Under the pieces are notes generated by a model that worked only from the letters and a program-made list of their open reading frames with translations, was not told the origin of the DNA and did not search any database. Position numbers and translations under genes: made by a program. A stretch of 57,140 bases of DNA, taken from positions 1-57,140 of the forward strand of contig JAEWAE010000020.1 of assembly GCA_023391835.1 (NCBI GenBank), written 5' to 3'. This document shows, piece by piece, positions 45,038 through 54,918 of this stretch. The DNA comes from Bacillota bacterium (lineage in GTDB: Bacteria > Bacillota > Clostridia > Oscillospirales > Ethanoligenentaceae). Positions within the stretch are counted from its first letter, which is position 1. Each line of letters opens with the position of its first letter.

Positions 45038-46162
45038 ATGTACGATTATCTGATCGTGGGGGCGGGGCTTTTCGGCTCCGTTTTCGCCCATGAGGCACGG
45101 CAGAGCGGCAAGCGCTGCCTGGTCATCGACCGGCGAGCCCATGTGGGCGGCAATATTTACACCGAGGAAGTTGCGGGCATCCAGGTGCACCGCTACGGTG
45201 CGCATATTTTCCACACGAGCAACCGGGAAGTGTGGGACTATGTCCGCCGGTTCGCCGACTTCAACCACTATATCAACAGCCCCGTCGCCGTCTATGGGGA
45301 CGAGCTGTACAACCTGCCCTTCAATATGAATACCTTCCACGCCATGTGGGGGGTCGTCACCCCCGCCCAGGCAAAGGAAAAGATCCGGGAGCAGGTGGAG
45401 GCGGCCGGCATCGGGCAGCCGCGCAATCTGGAAGAGCAGGCCCTGTCGCTGGTGGGGCGGGATATTTATGAGAAGCTCGTCCGCGGCTACACCGAAAAAC
45501 AGTGGGGCCGCCCGGCGGATGAGCTGCCCGCATTTATCATCCGGCGGCTGCCGGTGCGCTTCACCTATGACAACAACTATTTCAACGACCGCTACCAGGG
45601 CATCCCCGTGGGCGGCTACACGCAGATTGCCGAGAAGCTGCTCGCGGGCACCGAGGTGCGCCTGGGGGTGGACTTTTTTGCCGACCGGGCCAAATGGGAA
45701 TCCGCCGCCCGCAAAATTGTGTTCACCGGCATGATCGACGCATATTACGGCTACCGCTACGGGGCGCTGGAATACCGCAGCCTGCGTTTCGACACCCGGG
45801 TGCTCGACGAGGAAAACCACCAGGGCAACGCGGTGGTCAACTACACCGCCCGCGACGTGCCCTACACCCGCATCATCGAGCACAAACATTTCGAGCTGGG
45901 CTGTCAGGGCGGCTACCCGGAGCCCAACCCACGCACAGTGGTCACCTGGGAATACCCCGCCCCCTGGGAGCGCGGCGCGGAGCCTTATTACCCCGTCAAC
46001 GACGAAAAAAACACCCGGCTCTATGCCCGATACCGGGAGCTTGCGGACAAAGAGCCCCGCGTGATATTCGGCGGCCGGCTCGGCATGTACCGCTACTTCG
46101 ACATGCACCACGTCATCGCCGCGGCGCTCCACTGCGTGCGGCAGGAGCTGGCCGGTTCCTGA
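45038..46162 (+). CDS. glf: UDP-galactopyranose mutase
   Basis: FAD-binding N-terminus YDYLIVGAGLFGSVFA and Glf family motifs throughout. Confidence 0.9.
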   Translation: MYDYLIVGAGLFGSVFAHEARQSGKRCLVIDRRAHVGGNIYTEEVAGIQVHRYGAHIFHTSNREVWDYVRRFADFNHYINSPVAVYGDELYNLPFNMNTFHAMWGVVTPAQAKEKIREQVEAAGIGQPRNLEEQALSLVGRDIYEKLVRGYTEKQWGRPADELPAFIIRRLPVRFTYDNNYFNDRYQGIPVGGYTQIAEKLLAGTEVRLGVDFFADRAKWESAARKIVFTGMIDAYYGYRYGALEYRSLRFDTRVLDEENHQGNAVVNYTARDVPYTRIIEHKHFELGCQGGYPEPNPRTVVTWEYPAPWERGAEPYYPVNDEKNTRLYARYRELADKEPRVIFGGRLGMYRYFDMHHVIAAALHCVRQELAGS

Positions 46163-46255
46163 GGCTTCGCGCGGTGCGCAAAACGGTCCGAATGCAGGCT
46201 GTGAAAAGCAGTTTGTCATTTTGGGCCGTATTTTTATGAATTTTGGGGGTGGCGA

Positions 46256-46310
46256 TTGTAGGCGGACCCGAAGTATTGTATAATACAGGGGTTATGGATG
46301 CAGCCCCTGT
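46256..46310 (+). promoter_or_regulatory. candidate promoter TTGTAG-N17-TATAAT (with TG extension) followed by 7-bp leader hairpin ACAGGGG…CCCCTGT
   Basis: Read directly; it lies upstream of the permease gene. Confidence 0.35.
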
Positions 46311-46348
46311 GCGGGAATATTTCAAATACAACTGAAGGGGATTTCAAC

Positions 46349-47719
46349 ATGGAAAACGGGTTGAAGGAAAAGTACGGCCTGCTCACCGCGGTGGCCATGG
46401 TGGTGGGCATCGTCATCGGCAGCGGCGTCTTTTTCAAGGCGGAGGCCGTGCTCAAGGCCACGGGAGGCGACATGCCCCTGGGCATCGCGGCGTGGATCAT
46501 CGTCGGGCTGATCATGATCATCTGCTCCTGCACCTTCGCCATACTGGCCACCCGGTATGAAAAGATCAACGGCATCGTCGATTATGCCGAAACCATGGTC
46601 GGCCGGCATTACGGCTATTATGTCGGCTGGTTCATCACGACGATTTACACACCCGCGCTCACCGGCATTCTGGCGTGGGTCTCGGCCCGTTTCACCTGTG
46701 TGCTGCTGGGGTGGGATATCACCGGCGGTTCCTGCATGGCCATTGCCTGCTTCTATCTGGTGGCCAGCTATGCGGTCAACGCACTTTCCCCCATTCTGGC
46801 AGGCAAATTTCAGGTCTCCACCACGGTGATCAAGCTGGTGCCCCTTGTGCTGATGGGCGTTGTCGGCACGGCCGTGGGTCTTTACAACGGCCTGACGGTG
46901 CAGAATTTCACCCACGCGGTCAGCGGCAGCGTCCGCACGGGCGGCGGGCTTTTCGCCTCGGTGGTGGCCGTCGCCTTTGCCTATGAGGGCTGGATCATCG
47001 CCACTTCCATCAACGCGGAGCTTAAAAATGCCAAGCGGAATCTGCCTCTGGCGCTGATCATCGGCTCGCTGATCGTGGTGGTCGTCTACATACTTTATTA
47101 TATCGGGCTCGCGGGCGCCGTGCCCACCGCCGAGCTGATGAAAAACGGCCAGACGGGCGCCAGGCTCGCGTTTGAGAATCTTTTCGGCACCGTGGGCGGG
47201 TCGCTGCTTTTCATCTTCATCATCATTTCCTGCCTGGGCACCCTGAACGGACTGATGCTGGGCTGCACCCGCGGCATGTATTCGCTCGCCATCCGCGGCG
47301 AAGGGCCGGCCTGCCGGGCTTTCAGTCAGGTGGACCCGGCGACGAACATGCCCGGCAATTCCGCCATCGTCGGGCTGCTGCTGGCGGCCTTCTGGATGCT
47401 GTATTTTTACGGGGCGAATCTGGCGCCGCATCCATGGTTCGGGCCGTTCTGCTTCGACATGTCGGAACTGCCCATCATCACGCTGTACGCCGGGTATATT
47501 CCCATTTTTCTGCGCATGATGATGCGGGAAAAGGACCTGGGCGTTTTCAAGCGCTTCGTGCTGCCCGTGCTCGCCCTGCTGAGCTGCCTTTTTATGATGG
47601 TGGCAGCCTGCATCGCTCACGGCATCTCGGTTGTCTTTTATCTCATCATCTTCGCCGTCATCATGTGCGTCGGCGCTCTGCTGCGGCATTCCTCCCGGGC
47701 GGCCGAGCCGACTGCATAA
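46349..47719 (+). CDS. APC family amino acid permease
   Basis: Twelve TM helices and the GSGVF motif. A GAAGGGGA SD precedes the ATG at 46349. Confidence 0.85.
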   Translation: MENGLKEKYGLLTAVAMVVGIVIGSGVFFKAEAVLKATGGDMPLGIAAWIIVGLIMIICSCTFAILATRYEKINGIVDYAETMVGRHYGYYVGWFITTIYTPALTGILAWVSARFTCVLLGWDITGGSCMAIACFYLVASYAVNALSPILAGKFQVSTTVIKLVPLVLMGVVGTAVGLYNGLTVQNFTHAVSGSVRTGGGLFASVVAVAFAYEGWIIATSINAELKNAKRNLPLALIIGSLIVVVVYILYYIGLAGAVPTAELMKNGQTGARLAFENLFGTVGGSLLFIFIIISCLGTLNGLMLGCTRGMYSLAIRGEGPACRAFSQVDPATNMPGNSAIVGLLLAAFWMLYFYGANLAPHPWFGPFCFDMSELPIITLYAGYIPIFLRMMMREKDLGVFKRFVLPVLALLSCLFMMVAACIAHGISVVFYLIIFAVIMCVGALLRHSSRAAEPTA

Positions 47720-47740
47720 AGAGCCGGGAAGGAGCGCCTC

Positions 47741-47950
47741 TTGCTCTCGAGCGACGGGCTTGACCGGTGGGCGCCGGCATACGACCAAAGCGTTCGCCAA
47801 TGCGAAGAGGCTGGTGAATACCCCTTTGCCGGGTATGGGGATACGCTGCGCGCGATTTACCGCGCCGTGCGCTCCGGGGCCGGCGTGGCCCGGAATGAGC
47901 CGATGTCGCCGGCATACCCGTCGGCAGTTGAAAGGAAGGCTGCATCTTGA
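47741..47950 (+). CDS. possible small protein (69 aa, TTG start) translationally coupled to the GH20 gene
   Basis: A GGGAAGGAG SD lies 6 nt before the TTG, and its stop overlaps the TTG start of the downstream gene (TTGA). No recognisable family, so this could be non-coding. Confidence 0.3.
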   Translation: MLSSDGLDRWAPAYDQSVRQCEEAGEYPFAGYGDTLRAIYRAVRSGAGVARNEPMSPAYPSAVERKAAS

Positions 47951-49830
47951 AGCTGCACTGGATCAATCAAACCGGAAATACCATCGACGGGGACCTGCAG
48001 GCGATCCGTGAGGTGATGCGGGATCTGCCCGTCACGGAGACGGATGGCGGCGTGCCGGTCCGGCTGACACACTGCGACAAGGGGCTGCAACTGACCCGCA
48101 CTCCCGACGGCTGGGCGCTTGCCTATGCCGACCGCACGGCGCTGATGCGGGCGGTCGGCCTGCTCGGCGGGGGTGAAAAGCTGCCCGACACGGTGGAAGA
48201 GACGCCCGCTTTCACCACGCTGGGGACGATGGTGGACTGTTCCCGCAATTCCGTGCCCACGGTGGACACCGTCAAGCGTCTGTGCCGCATTCTCGCCCGC
48301 ATGGGCTTCAACACGCTGATGCTCTACACCGAGGATACTTACGAGCTGCCCGGGCACCCCTATTTCGGCTACATGCGCGGGCGCTATTCGGCCGAGGAAC
48401 TTCAGGAATGTGATGCCTACGCCGCGGAGCTGGGCATCGAGCTTATCCCCTGCATCCAGACGCTGGCCCATCTCAACGCCGCGCTGCGCTGGCCGGAATT
48501 TTCTCCGCTTGTCGACTGCAACGACATCCTGCTGGCCGACGACGAGCGCACCTATGTGCTCATCGACGAGATGGTGGGTGCCATGGCCTCCCATCTGCGC
48601 AGCCGCCGCATCCACATCGGCATGGATGAGGCGCATATGCTGGGGCTGGGCGAGCATCTGCGCCGCCACGGCTATCAGAGCCCCACCGAAATCATGCTCC
48701 GCCATCTGCGCCGGGTGGTGGAAATCTGCAAGAAGCACGGCTACGAGCCCATCATGTGGAGCGACATGTTTTTCCGTCTGGGCGGCCACGGCTACTACGA
48801 CCGGGATAATCGCATCGGCGACGCAGTCATCCGCACGGTGCCCAAAGAGGTCACGCTCACCTACTGGGATTATTACCAACTGGACGAGTCGGTCTACGAT
48901 TACATGATCGAGCAGCACCAAAGGTTTCCCAATCCGCTGCTTTTCGCGGGCGGCGCGTGGGCCTGGCTGGGGCTGCTGCCCATCCAGCGCTTCAGTCTCG
49001 CTTCTTCCCGCAAGGCGCTGAGCAGCCTGCGCCGGCACGGCGTCACCCAGGCGATTGTCACGGTCTGGGGCGACAACGGCGGCGTCTGCCCGCCCTTTTC
49101 CGTGATGCCGACCGTCCAGCTGTATGCCGAGGCCTGCTGGCGGAGCGATTTGTCGGATGAAAATCTGGCTCCGCGGCTGCACGCCTGTGCGGATATGGAT
49201 TTTGAGGCATTTATGGATCTGGAAACGCCCCAATTCCTGCCCGGGCGCGACCCGGAGGATGTTTCCGCCGTGAACCCGGCCCGGTATCTTTTCTATCAGG
49301 ACGTATTGTGCGGGCTTTTTGACCGGCATGTGCAGCCCGGCACGGCGGAGCATTTCGCCCGGTGCGCCCGGCAACTGACGGCCAACCGGAAAAAGTGCCC
49401 CCGCTGGGGCTATCTTTTTGACACCGCCGCGGCTTTTTGCCGGGTGCTGGAGCTCAAAGCCGACATGGGCGTGCGGCTCAAGGCAGCTTATGACGCAAAA
49501 GACCGACAGACGCTCGACACCATCGCCAACCGGGATATTCCCCGTCTGCTGAAACGGCTGGAAAATTTCCAGCGTCTGCTTTTCACCCAGTGGACGACCG
49601 ATTTCAAGGTCTTCGGCATGGATGTGCAGGATATCCGCATCGGCGGGGTGCGCGCCCGCGTCGAGCGGGCGGCCGCGCGGGTCAACGACTATCTGGCGGG
49701 GCGCATCGACGCCATCGACGAGCTCACGCAGGAACGTCTGTATTACGACGGCCGCGGTGAAGGGGAAGACCGGCCGCTGTTTTTCCGCCAGCAGAGCTGG
49801 CACGACGCCGTCACGCCGGGCGTGCTGTAA
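47947..49830 (+). CDS. GH20-family beta-N-acetylhexosaminidase-like glycoside hydrolase (intracellular, no signal peptide)
   Basis: TIM-barrel start …GTMVDCSRNSVPT…LMLYTEDTYEL… and an HIGMDEA catalytic-region analogue of GH20 HIGGDE. A TTG start follows AAAGGAAGG. Confidence 0.7.
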   Translation: MKLHWINQTGNTIDGDLQAIREVMRDLPVTETDGGVPVRLTHCDKGLQLTRTPDGWALAYADRTALMRAVGLLGGGEKLPDTVEETPAFTTLGTMVDCSRNSVPTVDTVKRLCRILARMGFNTLMLYTEDTYELPGHPYFGYMRGRYSAEELQECDAYAAELGIELIPCIQTLAHLNAALRWPEFSPLVDCNDILLADDERTYVLIDEMVGAMASHLRSRRIHIGMDEAHMLGLGEHLRRHGYQSPTEIMLRHLRRVVEICKKHGYEPIMWSDMFFRLGGHGYYDRDNRIGDAVIRTVPKEVTLTYWDYYQLDESVYDYMIEQHQRFPNPLLFAGGAWAWLGLLPIQRFSLASSRKALSSLRRHGVTQAIVTVWGDNGGVCPPFSVMPTVQLYAEACWRSDLSDENLAPRLHACADMDFEAFMDLETPQFLPGRDPEDVSAVNPARYLFYQDVLCGLFDRHVQPGTAEHFARCARQLTANRKKCPRWGYLFDTAAAFCRVLELKADMGVRLKAAYDAKDRQTLDTIANRDIPRLLKRLENFQRLLFTQWTTDFKVFGMDVQDIRIGGVRARVERAAARVNDYLAGRIDAIDELTQERLYYDGRGEGEDRPLFFRQQSWHDAVTPGVL

Positions 49831-49852
49831 AGCGTGGCTTCGTCGCCGAGCA

Positions 49853-49896
49853 AAAAACCGCCCTTCGCCCGATCGGGGAGCGAAGGGCGGTTTTTT
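49853..49896. terminator. bidirectional rho-independent terminator (AAAAAACCGCCCTTCGC…GCGAAGGGCGGTTTTTT)
   Basis: Lies between the convergent GH20 and ADP-ribosylglycohydrolase genes. Confidence 0.55.
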
Positions 49897-51469
49897 ATGC
49901 CTCCGGTGCCGGGCCGACAGGGGCGCCTCCCGCCTCCGGCGACCGCCCGGCGTTTTGAAAAAGTGTCACCGGGATGATCCCCCGGGTAGGCCGCCCGCGG
50001 GAAGCGATCGACAGCATCAGGTCATACCGGCTGTCGGGGAGCGTCTCGGGCGGCTGCAGGGCAAAGACCGCCGTGGCCGTGCCGATCATGCGGTGGCAAA
50101 GGCTCATGGCGCTGCGGGGGCCCGGCAGCACCCGCCACCCATCGGGCAGGTGCCAGCTCAATTCCAGCCACTGTTGCTGGGGGACGCTGTTTTCCACCGT
50201 CAGCGTCAGGCGCATTTCCCGCCCCGGGCGGACAAAAGGCTCGCCGCCGTAATCCAGACGCGCCCGGAAAATCACGAAATCATAATCGAGCACGAAAGGC
50301 CGCTCCCACCGCTCGCGATAATTTTCCTGTTCCCAGTAAGAAATCAGCTCCGGCCGGTAAAAAAGCGCGGCCGGTTCCCGCATGTCGATGGTATAGCCCT
50401 GCGGGCCGAGGATGTCGCACCACCGGCCGAGAAATTGCGGCGCCAGCCGCAGGATGCGCCCGGTCAACTCGGTCACGGTGTCGGGCACCGACAGACCCAC
50501 ACGGCTGCCGTGCTCGGTGCGGTCGATGCACAGCGTGGCGATGCGGTCGCCCACGGGGCCGGCCCACTTGGGGTCGATGCCGCCGGCGCCCAGCAGAATG
50601 CCGAGGGTGGCCCCCAGTGTGCCGGCGGTGCAGTCGGCGTCCTCCCCGCATCCGGCGGCGATGCACAGGCTTTGGCCGAAATCCCCGCCGCCGTAAAGCC
50701 ACGCCATCACGGTCAGCCCGATGTTGGCGGGGGCATCCCACCCCACAGGCCCCACCGGGATATCGGGGTCCATTTCCTCCCGCGGGGTACCGGCGCCGAA
50801 GCTGCTGGGGTATTGCCGCAGGATCTTTTTGCGGGCCGCCCGCCAGTCGAGCCCTTCACGGCGGCACGCCTGCGCCGTGCGCACCGCGCCCGCCACGCCG
50901 CAGTCGGCAGGCAGATACGACAGCCCGATGTGCAGCAGCTCCTCCGGGTCGGCCGATGCAAACGCGGCGATCTGCACCGCGGCGAAAAATATCTCGCCGT
51001 AAAGCCCCTCGCCGCTGTGGTCGACACAGCCGTCCTCGCGGGCAAGCCGCGCCGCGATTTCCGGGTGCCCCGGGGCCAGGCAGGCCCACAGCTCGGAGCG
51101 GATAAAGCAGCCGCAGCTGTCACGGTTAGGGTTTCCCACCTCCCCCGAAAAAGGCGGCACCAGCCCCATGCGCAGATTGTTTTTGCCCGCGCCGTATTCC
51201 GACCAGTTGGGCACCACGAACGACAGCCAGTATTCCGCCAGGATGGCCGCATTGAGCTGCCGGCCGTACCGTTCGGCCGCGTTGAGCCACACCAGCTGCA
51301 GATCCAGGTCGTCGTTGGGCACCGGCCCGCGGGAAAGATCCTGCGTGTAAAACGTCACGTCAAACACGCCTCGTTTACCCTCAAACGGGGCCCCCAGTGT
51401 GCCTCCGATGCATTTGCCCAGCCAGCAGCCGGCCACCTTGTCGCGGTATTGTGCCAGTGAAAGACGCAT
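49895..51469 (-). CDS. ADP-ribosylglycohydrolase family protein with ~270-aa C-terminal extension
   Basis: The N-terminal 300 aa show the ADPRH fold (…GCWLGKCIGGTLGAPFEG…, …GEDADCTAGTLGA…). The ATG at 51469 follows ACGGGGGG. Confidence 0.8.
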   Translation of the reverse strand: MRLSLAQYRDKVAGCWLGKCIGGTLGAPFEGKRGVFDVTFYTQDLSRGPVPNDDLDLQLVWLNAAERYGRQLNAAILAEYWLSFVVPNWSEYGAGKNNLRMGLVPPFSGEVGNPNRDSCGCFIRSELWACLAPGHPEIAARLAREDGCVDHSGEGLYGEIFFAAVQIAAFASADPEELLHIGLSYLPADCGVAGAVRTAQACRREGLDWRAARKKILRQYPSSFGAGTPREEMDPDIPVGPVGWDAPANIGLTVMAWLYGGGDFGQSLCIAAGCGEDADCTAGTLGATLGILLGAGGIDPKWAGPVGDRIATLCIDRTEHGSRVGLSVPDTVTELTGRILRLAPQFLGRWCDILGPQGYTIDMREPAALFYRPELISYWEQENYRERWERPFVLDYDFVIFRARLDYGGEPFVRPGREMRLTLTVENSVPQQQWLELSWHLPDGWRVLPGPRSAMSLCHRMIGTATAVFALQPPETLPDSRYDLMLSIASRGRPTRGIIPVTLFQNAGRSPEAGGAPVGPAPEA

Positions 51470-51539
51470 AAAAAAGCCCCCCGTCTTAATTTTCCCCCTC
51501 AGTATAGCGGGAAAAAGCCGGGGGTACCATGGACGCTTT

Positions 51540-52421
51540 TCAGAGGTTTGTGGGCTTTTTTCGGAAACTGCAGCGCAGCTGCCCCGGCGTAGCGCCGGTG
51601 TATTCCCGGAAGGCCTGATAAAAACGTTTCCGATCCCGGCACCCGACCCGCAGGGCGATCTCTTCCACACTCTCGTCGGTGGTCTTTAGCAGCCGCACGG
51701 CTTCCTGCATCCGTTTTTCGTGGATATACTCCGTCAGCGTACGGCCGCAGGCCTCACGGGACACGGTGCTGAAATACGACGGGGTATAAAAGCTTTTCCG
51801 GGCAAGCTCGGTGAGCGTGAGAGGCTCGGCGTAATTTGCCTCGATATACCGCAGAATTTCCGGCGGCAGCCGGGGGATATGGCGCAGAAAACCCGGCTCT
51901 TCCACCGCCTGCATGCGGCGGAAAATGCGGGTCAGAAGCACCTCCATATAGCCCTTGAGGGCCGCCCGGTAGCCCGTCTGGCGCAGGGCCGATTCCCGCG
52001 CCATCGCCGTGAGCAGCGCCTCCGTGTCGTGCGTTTCCCCGCCGGCAAAGGAAATATGGGGCACAGTGTGATCGAGTGCGCCCGCGAATTCCTCAAAAAG
52101 CGAGAGATTGAGGAAATCCGCGGCGTTTTCGGCGTGGAGCAGCTCGTCGCCGAGGAACTGCGGCTGCAGCAGCACATTGACCAGCCGCATCTCCGGCCGG
52201 GTCGAAAACGCATGGGACTGCCCGATGCCGATGAAGAAAAGATCCCCCCGGCTCATGGGCGCCCGCAGGCCCACCATGGTGTGCACGCCCGAGCCGGAAA
52301 TCACATACGCCATTTCCATAAAATCGTGGGTGTGCTCCGCCTCGGTGCCCTGGGACGTGTAACCGTATATACGGATTTTCTCATCCGGCTGGATGGACTC
52401 GGCCGCCCGATAGGTCTGCAT
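51540..52421 (-). CDS. AraC family transcriptional regulator (cupin sensor + HTH)
   Basis: C-terminal AraC HTH pair (…LTELARKSFYTPSYFSTVSRE…, …IALRVGCRDRKRFYQAFREYTG…). Confidence 0.85.
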   Translation of the reverse strand: MQTYRAAESIQPDEKIRIYGYTSQGTEAEHTHDFMEMAYVISGSGVHTMVGLRAPMSRGDLFFIGIGQSHAFSTRPEMRLVNVLLQPQFLGDELLHAENAADFLNLSLFEEFAGALDHTVPHISFAGGETHDTEALLTAMARESALRQTGYRAALKGYMEVLLTRIFRRMQAVEEPGFLRHIPRLPPEILRYIEANYAEPLTLTELARKSFYTPSYFSTVSREACGRTLTEYIHEKRMQEAVRLLKTTDESVEEIALRVGCRDRKRFYQAFREYTGATPGQLRCSFRKKPTNL

Positions 52422-52606
52422 GCCGCCGCCTCCCACAGGCCGTCATTTGCCGTACGGTTCAGATTCCAGCCCGGCTTGGTTTTTGGCAGGATAATCCGCC
52501 GCACGTTGGCGACGCTGCCGGTAAAGGGCCTCGCCTTGATCTGGCCGCCGGCATGGTTCCGGTACGAAAACCGCGGCTTTCGTCGAGGCCGCCGCTTTTG
52601 TTATAG

Positions 52607-52635
52607 AGTATACAGCCCCGCTTTCCGCCTGTCAA
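52607..52635 (-). promoter_or_regulatory. consensus minus-strand promoter TTGACA-N17-TATACT about 180 nt upstream of the AraC gene
   Basis: Forward TGTCAA (52630-52635) and AGTATA (52607-52612) are separated by a 17-nt spacer. Confidence 0.4.
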
Positions 52636-52759
52636 TTTATGCCGCCGTCGGGTATAAATGGCTGCATATGCCGAAAAGGACCGCCGCCAACCGCATACGG
52701 ATGCGATTTGCGGCAGCCCCTCTGTTGTAAAGCCGTTCGGGAGGGTCAAACGCACGATT

Positions 52760-53896
52760 TTACACCGGCAACTGATTTTTTTTCGCGATATCGTAAATGA
52801 TGTGCCGCATCTCATCCTGGCCGGCTTCCATATCGCGCACCAGCTTGAACTGGTTGCGTGCCCGGTCGAGGTTGTGACGTTCCCGCTGGATTTTGAAATA
52901 CACGTCGCCGTCGAGATAATCGGCCAGAAACCGCATGCCGCATTCAAAGGTCATCAAAACGGCGGCAAACGGCATCTGCCGCAGTTCCGCGACCGTGAGG
53001 GATGCGCCCGCGGCGTCGATAAAGCCCTCGGCAAAGCAGCGGAAAAGCTCCTTGTCGAACCGGACCTTCGACAGGTCGGGCTCATCCTCTTCCGCCGTGG
53101 TGGCGCCGGAGCGGATGGCGTCGCCGAAATCGTAAAGGGCCGTCCCCGGCATGACGGTGTCGAGGTCGATGACGCAGATGCCCTCGCCGGTGCGGTCGTC
53201 GATCATCACGTTGTTGAATTTGGTGTCGTTGTGGGTCACCTTGCAGGGGATCTCCCCACGTTCGAGCATCCGCACCAGACGGCCGCACTCGCCGGCGCGC
53301 CGCCGCACAAAGTCGATTTCCTCGCCCACCTCGCCGGCCCGGCCGGCCGTGTCTTTCCGAACGGACTGGTTAAAATTCCACAGCCGTACCTGCGTGTTGT
53401 GGAAATCCGGTATGACTTCATAGAGGCTGGAGGCGTCGAAGTCGCTGAGGTAATTCTGGAACTTGCCGAAGGCAAATCCGGAGGAATAAAAGTGGCGGCT
53501 GTTTTCGACGATCTGATAGGTCCTGGCGCCCTCGATGAACACATAGGCACGCCAGTACTCGCCGGATTCCGTGCGGTAAAAGGCGCACCCGTCGGCCGTG
53601 GGCACGAGGATGAGCGTTTCCCGCTCCGGCGAGCCGCCCCGCGCCAGTATTTTGCGGTGGATATGGCCCGTGACCAGCTCGATGTTGCGCATGAGCTTCT
53701 CGGGCTCGTGAAAAATATAGGTGTTGATGCGCTGCAGGATATAGCGGCGGGCCGTATGGTCCGGCTGCTCGAAAGAGACCGCATAGGTGTCGTTGATGTG
53801 CCCGCAGCCATAGGGCCGCGCCCCCGTAAACCGGCCCGGCATGGCGAAATGCCCGACGATCTGCGCAAAATCCACCGTTTCATCCGTGTCACTCAT
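52760..53896 (-). CDS. N-acetylhexosamine 1-kinase-like (NahK/APH phosphotransferase family)
   Basis: APH fold with an HNDTKFNN catalytic loop and a DLD metal motif. The overall pattern resembles NahK as I recall it, which is not a database hit. The ATG at 53896 follows GGGAGGAGAGA. Confidence 0.7.
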   Translation of the reverse strand: MSDTDETVDFAQIVGHFAMPGRFTGARPYGCGHINDTYAVSFEQPDHTARRYILQRINTYIFHEPEKLMRNIELVTGHIHRKILARGGSPERETLILVPTADGCAFYRTESGEYWRAYVFIEGARTYQIVENSRHFYSSGFAFGKFQNYLSDFDASSLYEVIPDFHNTQVRLWNFNQSVRKDTAGRAGEVGEEIDFVRRRAGECGRLVRMLERGEIPCKVTHNDTKFNNVMIDDRTGEGICVIDLDTVMPGTALYDFGDAIRSGATTAEEDEPDLSKVRFDKELFRCFAEGFIDAAGASLTVAELRQMPFAAVLMTFECGMRFLADYLDGDVYFKIQRERHNLDRARNQFKLVRDMEAGQDEMRHIIYDIAKKNQLPV

Positions 53897-53928
53897 GGAA
53901 TATTCTCTCCTCCCGGCAGGGCGCGGCG

Positions 53929-54858
53929 TCAGCCGTTGGGCCCCCAAAGTTTCTGCGGATACACGCCCGTGTCGATCAGGTGGCGGATGGCCTCCACCAC
54001 CCGCGGCTTATCCGCGCGGTAGGTGACGCCGTACCATTTTTCGCCGGAGGGCAGCACCTGCACCGTGGCGTCCCCCCGGTCGATGGCCTCGCTCACGACG
54101 CTGGGCAGAAAATACTCCGCTTTTTCGATGCAGTCCCGGCTCTGCGTGAGGAATCGGCCGAACCCCGCTTCCATGGCATCGAATATGCCGGTGTCGAGCC
54201 CCCACAGATTCATCGACACGATGCTGCCGTGGGGGAGGGCGACCCAGTTTTCCCCGTCGAGGGTATACTCGGCGCCGCCGCCGGCTTTGCGGATCTTGGT
54301 GCGTTCCTGCACGCGGGTCAGGGTGCCGTCCGGTGCCACGTCGCATACGCCGCGGGCGACGGTGCCGTGCTCGGTCAGGGTGTTTTCCAGCACGAAACCG
54401 ACCATGGCGTAACGGCGGGGCCGGGGCTGCTTTTCGGGCAGAGCGGAAAGAAACCGGCTGATTTTTTCAAACGAGGCTGGGCCGTAAAAATCATCCGCAT
54501 TGATGACCGCGAAAGGCGTTTTGACCACATCCCGGCAGCAGAGCACGGCGTGGGCCGTCCCCCAGGGCTTTAGGCGCCCCGCCGGCACCGCAAATCCGGC
54601 CGGCAGGCAGGCATCCAGTTCCTGATAGGCGTAGGCCGTTTCCACATACCGGCCGATGCGGTCGCCGATGACCTTGCGGAACGGGGCCTCGATATCCTTT
54701 TTTATGATAAAAACGACTTTACCGAAACCGGATTTTATGGCATCATATAAGGAGTAATCAATGATGATTTCCCCGTTCGGCCCCACGGGGTCGATCTGCT
54801 TAAGGCCGCCGTAACGGCTGCCCATGCCGGCTGCCATGACGACGAGTGTGGGTTTCAT
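53929..54858 (-). CDS. sugar-phosphate nucleotidyltransferase family protein
   Basis: N-terminal NTP-transferase signature MAAGMGSRYGGLKQ. It overlaps the downstream kinase by about 30 nt. Confidence 0.65.
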   Translation of the reverse strand: MKPTLVVMAAGMGSRYGGLKQIDPVGPNGEIIIDYSLYDAIKSGFGKVVFIIKKDIEAPFRKVIGDRIGRYVETAYAYQELDACLPAGFAVPAGRLKPWGTAHAVLCCRDVVKTPFAVINADDFYGPASFEKISRFLSALPEKQPRPRRYAMVGFVLENTLTEHGTVARGVCDVAPDGTLTRVQERTKIRKAGGGAEYTLDGENWVALPHGSIVSMNLWGLDTGIFDAMEAGFGRFLTQSRDCIEKAEYFLPSVVSEAIDRGDATVQVLPSGEKWYGVTYRADKPRVVEAIRHLIDTGVYPQKLWGPNG

Positions 54859-54918
54859 GATACATGCCGCCTCCTGATTTTTGAAATAAGCCCTCTGAAT
54901 GCTGCGGGAGCGATCGAA

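Noticed and set aside
52459-52947. 162-aa minus-strand ORF in the araC-nahK intergenic region
   Set aside because: It has Cys/Ser/Thr-rich junk composition and overlaps the 3' end of the kinase gene. The region is better explained as a promoter and leader for the AraC gene.
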